54,519 bases of DNA from an uncultured Candidatus Saccharibacteria bacterium. GTDB lineage: Bacteria; Patescibacteriota; Saccharimonadia; Saccharimonadales; UBA4665. This document shows, one piece after another, positions 1 to 9,078 of this stretch. Under the pieces are notes generated by a model. The model saw only the letters and a list, made by a program, of their open reading frames with translations, made no database searches and had not been told where the DNA came from. The stretch is from contig CAZLLA010000001.1 of the NCBI GenBank assembly GCA_964560315.1, forward strand, positions 1 to 54,519. The letters run 5' to 3'. Position 1 is the stretch's first letter. Each line of letters starts with the position of its first letter. Position numbers and translations under genes: made by a program.

Positions 1-55
1 GAGCGTCGGTTTCCGGTACCGAAGGCCGGGGGTTCGAATCCCTTCGGGCGTACCA
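1..55 (+). tRNA. tRNA-Arg(CCG), 5'-truncated by window edge
   Basis: Anticodon arm TCGGT-TTCCGGT-ACCGA (anticodon CCG). T arm contains GGTTCGAATCC. Acceptor 3' strand CGGGCGT plus ACCA ends at 55. Confidence 0.75.
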
Positions 56-117
56 TTTTGATAATGTTTAAAAACTTTCTTATGGAGAGTTTTTTTATTT
101 TGATAAACTAATTACCA

Positions 118-732
118 ATGAGTGAGACATCTTCAGTACAAGCATCCAGCTTTGATGAACGAAAAGCTGCCATTGAAACATGGGAAGCAATGTTGAGCGT
201 TGGAGCGTTCGTAGAGGGTGAAGTCACCTTTGCTTCTGGACTTCATGCTACTCTTAAAGTTGATGCCGAGAAGCTTTACGAGCACCCAAAAGAACTCGCT
301 ATTGTTATGGGTCATTTTGCCGTATTCCCGCACGTACAGAATGCTGACGTACTTCTCTACGTACCAGATGGTATGAAGCAGTTTATGACTAAGCTGGGTG
401 AAGAGCTACAGAAACCGGTTGCGAACACGATACGTCGTCCAGGCGCTACATCTAAATACGATTTCATTTTTCAAACCCAAGAAGATCAAGAGTTAGCCTT
501 GTCAGCAAAGACACCGCTTATCGGAGAAGATGTAGTTACAACCCTGGGCTCTGTAGCGGGACTAAGAAAATTGTTGCGCCCCGATCAACCAGTACATTCT
601 CTAGCAATGTTGCTACGCGGTGAAGTAAATCCTGATTACCGAACGGGTCTAGAAGACCATTATCTCCTAATTAGAGAAATACCTACCGACAAATACGAAT
701 TTAGACGACGCCTACAAGGAGAGCGGTTCTGA
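118..732 (+). CDS. type I phosphoribosyltransferase family protein (orotate-PRT-like)
   Basis: 204-aa ORF. PRPP-binding loop PLIGEDVVTTLGS, with an OPRT-like N-terminal segment GEVTFASGLHATLKVD. Substrate cannot be assigned by eye. Confidence 0.55.
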   Translation: MSETSSVQASSFDERKAAIETWEAMLSVGAFVEGEVTFASGLHATLKVDAEKLYEHPKELAIVMGHFAVFPHVQNADVLLYVPDGMKQFMTKLGEELQKPVANTIRRPGATSKYDFIFQTQEDQELALSAKTPLIGEDVVTTLGSVAGLRKLLRPDQPVHSLAMLLRGEVNPDYRTGLEDHYLLIREIPTDKYEFRRRLQGERF

Positions 733-767
733 CTTCTCGGACTATGGCGTACCAAATAAGTTATCGC

Positions 768-1619
768 TCATCTTAAAGCGATGATCCTAGAGTTAGTGCG
801 TCCGTAACCATGAATGACCATTTTGCTATCAAATAATTCAACGTAGGCATAGGCTGTTTTGTCAGTAAAATCAAGCATTCCTTCGATATTCCAACAGGGT
901 AACCCTTTATGCAGTCCGTAGTTACCGTCGTGATTGTGCCCGTTAATATAAGCTTTGACAATCGGCTTATTGGTTAATAATTTTAGAAGTTCTTGATCAT
1001 TAAGCAAGTTATCAGAATGTTCGGGATAGATCCCATGATGTCCACAAACAATGACTTTCAACCCGTGACTGGCGGCGTCATCAATCGTCCGAACTAACCA
1101 TTCTAGCTGTAATTTGCCGATACCCCCATCCCAAGGAAGGCAGTTAATTTTACCTTCAGCCTTATTTTTTTCAATGTATTGCTGACCAATTTTCCATTCT
1201 ATTGTGCCTGGCGAATATTCAATCGTTCCCACTTCGTTAGTGTCAAGAATAATAAAGCGCCAAAGCCCAAAATCCCGAAAATAATACCGTTTATCATCAG
1301 TTAGGCCTAATGCTGTTAACGCTTCTTCTTTGTGACCATAATCGTACTGCGGGCCACAAAAATCATGGTTACCAAGTGCATGCCAAACCGGTACCTTTAA
1401 GGTATTAACGACTGCCAATATTGGAGCAAAGCATCGAGCGTCCCGATCGATAAGATCACCTAGGTTAAGAACAAAATCAAGCGGCAATTTATTCAGCTCG
1501 CTTACTGCTTCGGTAAGTTTTCTGATACCTAAAGTAGCTGGCCTTTTTTCTGGATTATGTGTTTCTAAGTCAGAATATTGAACATCACTTATCACACCAA
1601 AAGTAACACAGTTCTTCAT
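768..1619 (-). CDS. calcineurin-like metallophosphoesterase
   Basis: 283-aa ORF with the metallophosphoesterase motif series GDLIDR, GNHD, GHHG, GHNH. Confidence 0.75.
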   Translation of the reverse strand: MKNCVTFGVISDVQYSDLETHNPEKRPATLGIRKLTEAVSELNKLPLDFVLNLGDLIDRDARCFAPILAVVNTLKVPVWHALGNHDFCGPQYDYGHKEEALTALGLTDDKRYYFRDFGLWRFIILDTNEVGTIEYSPGTIEWKIGQQYIEKNKAEGKINCLPWDGGIGKLQLEWLVRTIDDAASHGLKVIVCGHHGIYPEHSDNLLNDQELLKLLTNKPIVKAYINGHNHDGNYGLHKGLPCWNIEGMLDFTDKTAYAYVELFDSKMVIHGYGRTNSRIIALR

Positions 1620-1755
1620 AATAAATAGTCTAGCATGGGGGAAGTAAATCTTCCGGTTTGCTGTCTAGGCCATGTCATTGGAGAGGAATATCGCAGACAA
1701 TTCGAGATCATGTACGCAAAAGCTCAATGACCGTAAGAGCTAATAAACTAGGACT

Positions 1756-2979
1756 CTATCTATTTCTCAGGACTTCGAAAGGATTGATGCGACCAGCTCT
1801 TCTAGACGGGTAGAATGCCACTATGAATCCAACAACAAACGTAAGTAAGATGGTTATCAAAACCAGCATGGGTGTTACGGAAAATGCATGAATGGCACCA
1901 GGGACTCCCTTGCTATTGGCAAAATGAGTCAGGAATATATTAATAACCTGCCCGAGGAACCAGGCCGAAAAGATGCCGCCAAAACAACCGACAATGGACA
2001 ATAGCAAGGCTTCAATTACCAATAGCCGCTGGACATCGGCTTTACGAGCACCCATGGTTATCATAAGACCTATTTCCCTGGTTCGCTCCAGCAACGATAT
2101 AGTAAGCGTGTTAAACATGCCTAGGATAGCTATAACCATACCAATGCCACCAAAACCTATAACCACAAAGGTGAAGATATTGAAGATAGTATTAATTTGG
2201 CTAAGGGTATCAAGTGGCGAAGAAGTAGTGAAACCTAAGCCCTCTATGAGTTGTCGTACCACGGGTACGTTTTTCCGATTGTCAGCTAATACTTTGAGTT
2301 GCCCATACTGGTAAGCTCCGGCGTTTGCGAAAGTCTGACTGCCCATATAAACTTCTGCACCAGCTCCGGTATTCACAACCCCGACAATATTTAAATCACT
2401 CGTAACAGTTTTTTGAGTACCATCTACGGTAGTTATGGTACTTTGAACTGTTAATTTTTGATTAATGGCAGCACTGGGGTTCATTTGGCCGATTAGATCA
2501 AGTAGTGAGGTGTTGACGATGGCCTCATCAGCGGTTTTTAAACTATGTTGGCCGGCTTCAAATTTTAAGGCACTGAGGCTAATATATTGGTTGTCCGTGC
2601 CATAAACTACAGTATCACTTTGTGAGCCTTGATAGGAGATTTTGCCAGCCAGGATATAAGCTGGCGCCACAACAGTAACATGAGCAAATTGATTAATCTT
2701 GTTAACATTAGTGTCATTCAATAGGATGATCGTGTCATTTGGCGTAGTGACGTCAATGGAGCTGACAGATTTTGAACCTATCACCTGTTGATTGACAACG
2801 GCATGTAGACCAACTACAAGTGAGACCAAGAAAACAACAGCACCGATACCGATAATAATTCCAATGACCGTTAGAAAGGTACGTAAACGTTTAGCTAATA
2901 AATTTTTGATGGCAATGGACACTAGAATCTGCGGCTTAATGACAGGTCTTGAGTGATTCATTCTTCTGTGAAATATCAT
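1756..2979 (-). CDS. ABC transporter permease, FtsX/MacB type
   Basis: 407 aa. N-terminal TM, large extracytoplasmic domain, then three C-terminal TMs (FtsX-like). Start overlaps the upstream ATPase stop (ATGA at 2976-2979). Confidence 0.8.
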   Translation of the reverse strand: MIFHRRMNHSRPVIKPQILVSIAIKNLLAKRLRTFLTVIGIIIGIGAVVFLVSLVVGLHAVVNQQVIGSKSVSSIDVTTPNDTIILLNDTNVNKINQFAHVTVVAPAYILAGKISYQGSQSDTVVYGTDNQYISLSALKFEAGQHSLKTADEAIVNTSLLDLIGQMNPSAAINQKLTVQSTITTVDGTQKTVTSDLNIVGVVNTGAGAEVYMGSQTFANAGAYQYGQLKVLADNRKNVPVVRQLIEGLGFTTSSPLDTLSQINTIFNIFTFVVIGFGGIGMVIAILGMFNTLTISLLERTREIGLMITMGARKADVQRLLVIEALLLSIVGCFGGIFSAWFLGQVINIFLTHFANSKGVPGAIHAFSVTPMLVLITILLTFVVGFIVAFYPSRRAGRINPFEVLRNR

Positions 2980-3803
2980 TTTTGGGCCTCATCTTCCATT
3001 TTGGAAAGCGCAGCGATTTGAGCGCTTAGAGTATTGGCCATAGTAATCAATTGCTTCTGGTTGCGTTGAGCTGCCATAATCTTGCCATCCAAGATATATA
3101 GCTGGTTGTCACTAAGAGGTAAATATTCCAGATTATGCGTCACGAGCACGATCGTGCGTTTTAATTCACGCTGAAAGTACAAGAGTAAGTCCATAATCAT
3201 TTGGCCATTTTTAGAATCAAGATCACCAGTCGGCTCGTCGGCCAAAATAAGCTTGGGAGTCGCCACTAAAGCTCGGGCCATCGACACCCGTTGCTGCTGT
3301 CCACCAGATAGGACAGTTGGCAAATAGTTTTTATAAGAATCCATGCCCACTCGTCGCAAACTATCTAGAGCAACAGCTAAAGCTGACTCTCTTGGACTCC
3401 CAGCAAGATAAAGCGGCATGGCTACATTTTCTAGCACGTTTAGGCTATTCATCCAATAATTGTCTTGGTGCACTATGCCAATAGTGTGGGCCCTGAAATA
3501 TGCCCGCTGATCAGCGTCTAAGCCGTACAGATCCTGGCCGTCAATTATCACGCGCCCTTGGGTTGGTTGCTCTAATCCAGATAAAACATTAAGGATGGTT
3601 GACTTGCCGCTACCGGAAGGACCAAAAATAATCGTGAAGCTTTCTTCAGGAATACTGAAGTTGATATCGTGAAGTACTTCAATTTGGCCACTTTTAAGAT
3701 TGAATTGCTTATTCAGATCTGTGACACTAATAAGCGGCTTACTATCTTTCTTCGGATAAGCCTGGTTTTGTTTGGTGGAAGATTCGGGTAATATATTTTT
3801 CAT
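2976..3803 (-). CDS. ABC transporter ATP-binding protein (MacB/LolD-like)
   Basis: Walker [10 protein letters not shown], signature [15 protein letters not shown], Walker [12 protein letters not shown]. Confidence 0.9.
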   Translation of the reverse strand: MKNILPESSTKQNQAYPKKDSKPLISVTDLNKQFNLKSGQIEVLHDINFSIPEESFTIIFGPSGSGKSTILNVLSGLEQPTQGRVIIDGQDLYGLDADQRAYFRAHTIGIVHQDNYWMNSLNVLENVAMPLYLAGSPRESALAVALDSLRRVGMDSYKNYLPTVLSGGQQQRVSMARALVATPKLILADEPTGDLDSKNGQMIMDLLLYFQRELKRTIVLVTHNLEYLPLSDNQLYILDGKIMAAQRNQKQLITMANTLSAQIAALSKMEDEAQK

Positions 3804-3815
3804 TTAAGCTCTCTT

Positions 3816-6800
3816 TTATAGCCCAAAAATGCTTTGCAGAGCATTAAACACAATGCCTAGGGCATTGTCGGACGATTGGCCAATTATGGTTGTCTGGCTA
3901 CCAGACTCACCTTTGATGCCATCCGCATCATTAGAAATAACCTGCAAGTGATAAACTTCGGAAGTCGCCAAACCAGATACTACGACAACATGATTATTGA
4001 CTAGGGCGTTATTTTGGGCCGTGGTCGTTGAATAACCTCCACCTGTACCCTGTCCGTAAACAACTTGCGAGGTACCGGTTTTATCGGTCTTCCAGGAAAC
4101 TATTAGTTGGCCGTTGGCGTCAGCCCCGGTACCAATAATGCTCGGCTGAATGGTGATATCGCTGATGATTGGCGGTCTGGTATCAATACCGGATTTAAAG
4201 ACCTGCAAATCTGAGTTGGCAACATTACCAAGACCGTCAACTGACGTAGCTGTGACTGAATATTGCGTATTGTAATTTAAGTCGCTGATATCCATGGTGT
4301 GACTAGTGGTTAAGGTTGTGTCAAGTTGGTTTTGACGCGACCCGTTGAGCAGACCATAGCTAATCTGGGAGGTAGCCGGCACGTTAGTAACCCAACTAAT
4401 TTGCTCTGTACCAGTTAGGGCTCCAGGTACTGGCTCGAACTCCACGTTGGTGATAACCGGTTGGGGCGGCGTAGTAAAGGTAAAGGCTGTCGGATTATCG
4501 TAAATATCACCACTACTGTCGTAAGGATTAAGTTTAAAAGTGTAAGTTGTGCCAGAGCTCAAGCTGCTTAACGGGATACTATAAGTTGAAGTCATGGTAG
4601 AAGTATTTAGAGTTTGAGTATTGGAAAGAACGCCCCCGCCATACTCTAGCTGAACAGCTGTGGCATCGGTAGAAGTAAACTCGATAGTCGCCGAGCTTAA
4701 GTTGATGCTGCCAACCGAAACATTGCTGATAGACGGTGCCGGTAGCGTTGTAAAGGATATCTCAGGAGAAGTGCCTAAATTACCGTCGGTGTCTGTCCAT
4801 TGTGCACGATAGTAGTACGTCGTACCAGCATTTAAGCTATTTAACTCGACGCTATGACTAGTAACTTGATCGTTATTAGACGCTTCGGTCGTGAAATAAT
4901 GACCAGCACTTAAGCCATATTCAACACTGCTGTTACTATCCCGGTCGGTAACCCACGTGATGGTGGCAGTGCGCGTCGTAGCTGTAACATTTGGGCCAGA
5001 AATTAAATTGGCCGGGCTAGTAAACTTGCCGGTCGGTAAGAGATTTACTATGTCCGTGAATGCGCCACAGTTATTGGCTGAATCGCAAGCTTGAACCCTG
5101 TAGTAATAAGTCTGCTGACTTAAGCCAGCATCAACATAACTAGTACCTGCCGTGCTGGCAATGTTAGTGAAGCTGGTGTCGTCAGTGGAACGAAAGATTT
5201 TGTAATTGGCGATACCGGCACCAACAGTGCTCGGCACATTCCAAGACAGTGCTAACTTCCAGGTACTGGTGGCTTTAATACTGATATCGGCAATATCCAA
5301 ATTAAGTGGTATGCCTGGCGCAGGAGTATTAGCAGAAAAGGTCACACTGGCCGCTGTGGCATAATTGATATTCCCCGCTTCATCTTGAGCTACCACATAG
5401 AAAGTGTTGTCGCCTGGCTCACTGGCATAGGCCCCGGCGGCTAGGCTAGTCTGGCTAGCGGCGGTATAGGTACAGTCTGTACTGGAAGGTAATATATTAA
5501 CCGTGTAGCAATAGACAATGTTGCTAGCAGAACCGGTATAGGTAGCTGGTGGTAACCAAGAAAAAGCAAACGAGTTAACCGTATTGGTTGTGGGGGCAGC
5601 CGTCAAATTCTGGGGGGATGAGGGAGCAACGGTATTAATTTTGATGACTGCCGTGACATAGGCGGTTGAAACGTTGCCAGCATTATCCCAGGTTCTAAAA
5701 TAGATTAGGTTGTCACCATTGACCAAGCTACTGTAATCGGCCGGAACAGTCGTGTAAGAACCGTTGTTCGGCAATAAATCAGTCATGTCCTGATTACCGT
5801 TGTGGTTGGCTCCATACCAGACTCCACCGCTACCGATGCGATACTGCAAACCAGCCACGCCAGAGTTGGCGTCACTGGCGGCATTACTGCCGGTTGTGGG
5901 CCACGTCAGGTTGACTTGCTTATCGGATACAAATTCCGATGGAGCGCTGATGAAAACTGGATTCGTAGGAGGAGTATTGTCATAATAGAACTCAAATTGA
6001 GACGAGTCGCCATTATAGACATTGTAAGCATTATCTATCGCCTTAACATTAAGATAATACGGGCTATTGGACGTCGTCAGCGCAGTGACCAAGTAGCCGC
6101 TGATAGAAGTGTCAAGATTGGTGCTACTGACAATAAATTGGCAAGTACCGTTGGTATTGACTGGGCTGGTACCTAGATCTCCCTCAGTAGTTATGGGATT
6201 GCCAGTAGGATCTTGTCCCAAGTATAAACAGTAGCCTAAGATGCCAGATCCACCAGCGTTATCCGACCCGGCTGTCCAGCTAAAGTAGGGATCCGTATTA
6301 ACCCAGCCGGCATTAGTCACACTTGTCCCGCCGTTACTGCGATACATATCAATGTTACTGGCGTTGGTGGACGGTGGTGTTATATCTGGATTGTAGTCGG
6401 GTGCCGTGACATTACTAAAGTCTATCCAGCCTAAGTCCTCACTCCAAGCATATCCAGAAAACGTTCCGTTATTGACTACAACATCGGCGCCTGAAGTGTC
6501 GAAGTCTATATATCCACCGTTAAGGGCCTTAGCCTCACCGGAAAGTGTCCCGCTTTTATCTGCGACTACTGGACCATTCGGGTTGTTGGAATCAGCATTA
6601 AAATCAATCCACCCCAAATCAGTACTCCAAGCATATCCAGACATCTGTCTCGACCAGTTGTCGATCATCACATTACTGCCGTGAGAAGAGTCAAAATAAA
6701 TATCTTGACCCGTATCAATAACTGTAGCGTAACCCGAAATCGGTACGGTGCTTGAAGCCAGGGCTGGTCTTACATACGAAACAACGACGACACCCAAGAT

Positions 6801-7049
6801 AACAATAAAGCAAATCGCTAGACAAGCGTGGACGTGATTATGATACTTCCAGCCCCACCAGCGGGAATAGAGTTGAAAGCGATTCATTAGGTAATTATGC
6901 AATCGTTTAGTGGTTTTATGGTGAGTCCGGCTAAGTACCGTTTTCGATTTTCGTCTAATTGACGATACCGATAGACGCCTAAAGATATCACTTACAACAA
7001 ATTTAGGCGTACGTATGCCATACCCTATCTTGGTTGTTAGTTTATTCAT
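3816..7049 (-). CDS. giant membrane-anchored surface protein with tandem fibronectin-III/Ig-like domains
   Basis: 1077 aa. Basic N-terminus, single TM (aa 74-92). Two SGYAWSxDLGWIDF repeats. At least 6 FN3-like modules (recurring ...SW..P...Y.Y / TTYYYR / VEYG patterns). S/T/N/G-rich. Confidence 0.7.
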   Translation of the reverse strand: MNKLTTKIGYGIRTPKFVVSDIFRRLSVSSIRRKSKTVLSRTHHKTTKRLHNYLMNRFQLYSRWWGWKYHNHVHACLAICFIVILGVVVVSYVRPALASSTVPISGYATVIDTGQDIYFDSSHGSNVMIDNWSRQMSGYAWSTDLGWIDFNADSNNPNGPVVADKSGTLSGEAKALNGGYIDFDTSGADVVVNNGTFSGYAWSEDLGWIDFSNVTAPDYNPDITPPSTNASNIDMYRSNGGTSVTNAGWVNTDPYFSWTAGSDNAGGSGILGYCLYLGQDPTGNPITTEGDLGTSPVNTNGTCQFIVSSTNLDTSISGYLVTALTTSNSPYYLNVKAIDNAYNVYNGDSSQFEFYYDNTPPTNPVFISAPSEFVSDKQVNLTWPTTGSNAASDANSGVAGLQYRIGSGGVWYGANHNGNQDMTDLLPNNGSYTTVPADYSSLVNGDNLIYFRTWDNAGNVSTAYVTAVIKINTVAPSSPQNLTAAPTTNTVNSFAFSWLPPATYTGSASNIVYCYTVNILPSSTDCTYTAASQTSLAAGAYASEPGDNTFYVVAQDEAGNINYATAASVTFSANTPAPGIPLNLDIADISIKATSTWKLALSWNVPSTVGAGIANYKIFRSTDDTSFTNIASTAGTSYVDAGLSQQTYYYRVQACDSANNCGAFTDIVNLLPTGKFTSPANLISGPNVTATTRTATITWVTDRDSNSSVEYGLSAGHYFTTEASNNDQVTSHSVELNSLNAGTTYYYRAQWTDTDGNLGTSPEISFTTLPAPSISNVSVGSINLSSATIEFTSTDATAVQLEYGGGVLSNTQTLNTSTMTSTYSIPLSSLSSGTTYTFKLNPYDSSGDIYDNPTAFTFTTPPQPVITNVEFEPVPGALTGTEQISWVTNVPATSQISYGLLNGSRQNQLDTTLTTSHTMDISDLNYNTQYSVTATSVDGLGNVANSDLQVFKSGIDTRPPIISDITIQPSIIGTGADANGQLIVSWKTDKTGTSQVVYGQGTGGGYSTTTAQNNALVNNHVVVVSGLATSEVYHLQVISNDADGIKGESGSQTTIIGQSSDNALGIVFNALQSIFGL

Positions 7050-7077
7050 AGGCTCACGAGTAGTCCAATTTATTTAG

Positions 7078-7974
7078 TTATCTTACACAGCGCACCGACA
7101 AACCAGACGAATAGGGCTGTGTGACCGCATAGCCTACACCCAAGTTTACGTAGAAGGCACTGCCTGAATACATAATCGTACTAGACCAATAGTCTGAGCT
7201 AGGATTGGTAAGATTGAAGTAGGATCCGTCAATGTAGGCTTGCATTAGTTCCTTTTGACTTGGCAATCTCCAAATACCACCGCCGTCCATGCCCGAACAC
7301 AATTGCACAGCTGTCTTACCGCCTACTGCTATAGAATCGCTGGTACTCGTACCATCCCAGCTCCAATCCCAAAAAGCAGTAGTTGAAAAAGCCGGCGTTC
7401 CATCGTTATTGGTAATGTTCAGACTCCAGACTAGACCGGAAATCGGATCTTGTTTATCGTCGCCGGTTACGGTCGGACTGGCAGTTGTCCAGGTTTGGCT
7501 GCAGTTAGTAGTCGGCGTGACTGGGGAACCATAATAATCTGTATATTGCTGAGTCGGACAAACTCCTGGTGATTGATAAGTACCCGTCTGCTGGGTTCGA
7601 CTTCCGTTATAAAAGACATCGCCACTTTTGACATCACTTGCTTGCACGGTACCTGATGGCACCCACTCAGCAGCCGTTGCGATCCTGTTCCACAGAGCAC
7701 CCCAATCAGGAGTATTGCTAGTTGATCCATAGCCTAGGGTTGTCAGGGTGTTGGACAAGCTTACAATTCTTGAGGTTAGGCCGTTATCGGTTCCACCAGG
7801 ATAGGTCTCAGCTTTAACTGTAACGGTGGTAATACCACCAATTAATAATGCAGTCACTAAAACGACCGCTTCAAACTTTAGCTGCCGACCCCTGAACACT
7901 CTCGCTTTGATAACTCTCATGAACTTTTGTCTGTCAGGTTGGCTATATTTATTTTTTGTTCTAACCTGGTCCAT
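7078..7974 (-). CDS. membrane-anchored DUF1566 (Lcl C-terminal, C-type-lectin-like) domain protein
   Basis: 298 aa. N-terminal TM. C-terminal motif set GLVWS, WRLPSQKELMQAY, YWSST and terminal VRCVR, typical of DUF1566. Strong SD AGGAGGAG directly upstream of ATG 7974. Confidence 0.7.
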   Translation of the reverse strand: MDQVRTKNKYSQPDRQKFMRVIKARVFRGRQLKFEAVVLVTALLIGGITTVTVKAETYPGGTDNGLTSRIVSLSNTLTTLGYGSTSNTPDWGALWNRIATAAEWVPSGTVQASDVKSGDVFYNGSRTQQTGTYQSPGVCPTQQYTDYYGSPVTPTTNCSQTWTTASPTVTGDDKQDPISGLVWSLNITNNDGTPAFSTTAFWDWSWDGTSTSDSIAVGGKTAVQLCSGMDGGGIWRLPSQKELMQAYIDGSYFNLTNPSSDYWSSTIMYSGSAFYVNLGVGYAVTQPYSSGLSVRCVR

Positions 7975-8237
7975 AAACTCCTCCTAAAATCCGAGCTGGC
8001 CGAGGCTTGGAAGCACACAACGACAAAAGGCAAAATGCTCTTGCCATCTAAGTTTGGCTTCGAACTTATGCTTTGATTCTAGGCTTTAATACCGCCATAT
8101 GCAACATAAGCGGCTTGCGGGATCATAACATTTTCCAATCAGCGCGTAATTGATCAAGGACACTAGGTTTCAGTATTTTACAGACCAACCTATGACTAAA
8201 TGCTATAATGACCAGTCATAAATCTTAGGGGGTACTG

Positions 8238-8414
8238 ATGGATCAAGATTCTCAGCAAACAAATAAACCGACCAGAAGTTATGGTAAGCATCCTATCTGG
8301 TGGTGGGTCTTGCTCTACGTCATAATCGCAGCTATTGTTTACGGCGTAATTTACTATTTCGTCATTCGCAAGAGTGGCGGTAGTACCGGCGGTTCCTCAA
8401 CTTACACATATTAA
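8238..8414 (+). CDS. small (58 aa) single-pass membrane protein, unannotated in ORF track
   Basis: ATG 8238, TAA 8412-8414. SD-like AGGGGG 6-12 nt upstream. Extended -10 TGCTATAAT at 8201-8209. TM segment IWWWVLLYVIIAAIVYGVIYYFVI. Confidence 0.55.
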   Translation: MDQDSQQTNKPTRSYGKHPIWWWVLLYVIIAAIVYGVIYYFVIRKSGGSTGGSSTYTY

Positions 8415-8474
8415 AAGAAAGTACAGAGTAACCAATAGCCTAAACAAATTTGCACAAGGATTTTACTGAAAACT

Positions 8475-9014
8475 CTAAGCTTTGTCGCCTGGTGATAATA
8501 GATGCATTTTGGGTAGATATTTGTGTCGTAAAACAGCCAGCTCTAGTTCTCGTAAAACCTCGGCAGCCTCAGCGTAACTCATGCCGACTCGGGAAACTAC
8601 CATAGACTGATCTTGATCGCCTTTTTGTAGAAAATTCATAATAACACCTTTATCGTTACCTGATATGGCAATCCCATCGCTATACATAACTCGGACATCA
8701 AGTGCAAGCAGTATAGTGGCAATCTTAGTCTGTGGGTCCTCAAAAATATGAAAATGTTCCTCGTTACCTCTGGTATAGCCAGCCGTGTCCCAAAGTTTTA
8801 CGGCCTCGTGATCTTGTAAATCAAAATAGTTAATCAATAACATCAACAGATCCTCGCTTGGGCGTTCTTCGCCTATTTCGATTTTCTCAAGGGTATCAGT
8901 ATCAATTTCGATTGCCCCAGACACTTCGGCGAGACTTTTTCGGCGACTTTCGCGTAGATCTTTCAGATGGCTGCCGAGCGTTCTAAAAGGTGTTTGGCGT
9001 TTAGGTTCTTGCAT
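8475..9014 (-). CDS. XRE-family helix-turn-helix transcriptional regulator with uncharacterised C-terminal domain
   Basis: HTH_3-like segment KSLAEVSGAIEIDTDTLEKIEIGEERPS. Start placed at ATG 9014 (MQEPKRQ). The longer ORF to 9053 would run through the murB promoter. TATAAT on the minus strand at 9021-9026. Confidence 0.7.
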   Translation of the reverse strand: MQEPKRQTPFRTLGSHLKDLRESRRKSLAEVSGAIEIDTDTLEKIEIGEERPSEDLLMLLINYFDLQDHEAVKLWDTAGYTRGNEEHFHIFEDPQTKIATILLALDVRVMYSDGIAISGNDKGVIMNFLQKGDQDQSMVVSRVGMSYAEAAEVLRELELAVLRHKYLPKMHLLSPGDKA

Positions 9015-9078
9015 GAGTATATTATATCGCCTCCCGAGAAAACTGAACAACACAATTGAGGTAAGCTATACTACTTGT

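Noticed and set aside
5800-6684. ORF-track entries antisense to or overlapping the giant protein gene. Similar shadow ORFs occur in glyA (10108-11281), rny (23367-24091), dnaK (49388-51144), lepA (53431-54427) and others.
   Set aside because: These have low-complexity or biased composition and are fully embedded in much longer ORFs with clear homology on the other strand. They lack start signals. They are typical shadow ORFs.
7078-8237. Possible diversity-generating retroelement targeting the DUF1566 / C-type-lectin-like C-terminus.
   Set aside because: No reverse transcriptase gene is in the window. By eye, no template-repeat copy of the C-terminal coding region (7078-7250) appears in the adjacent 260-nt gap or elsewhere nearby.
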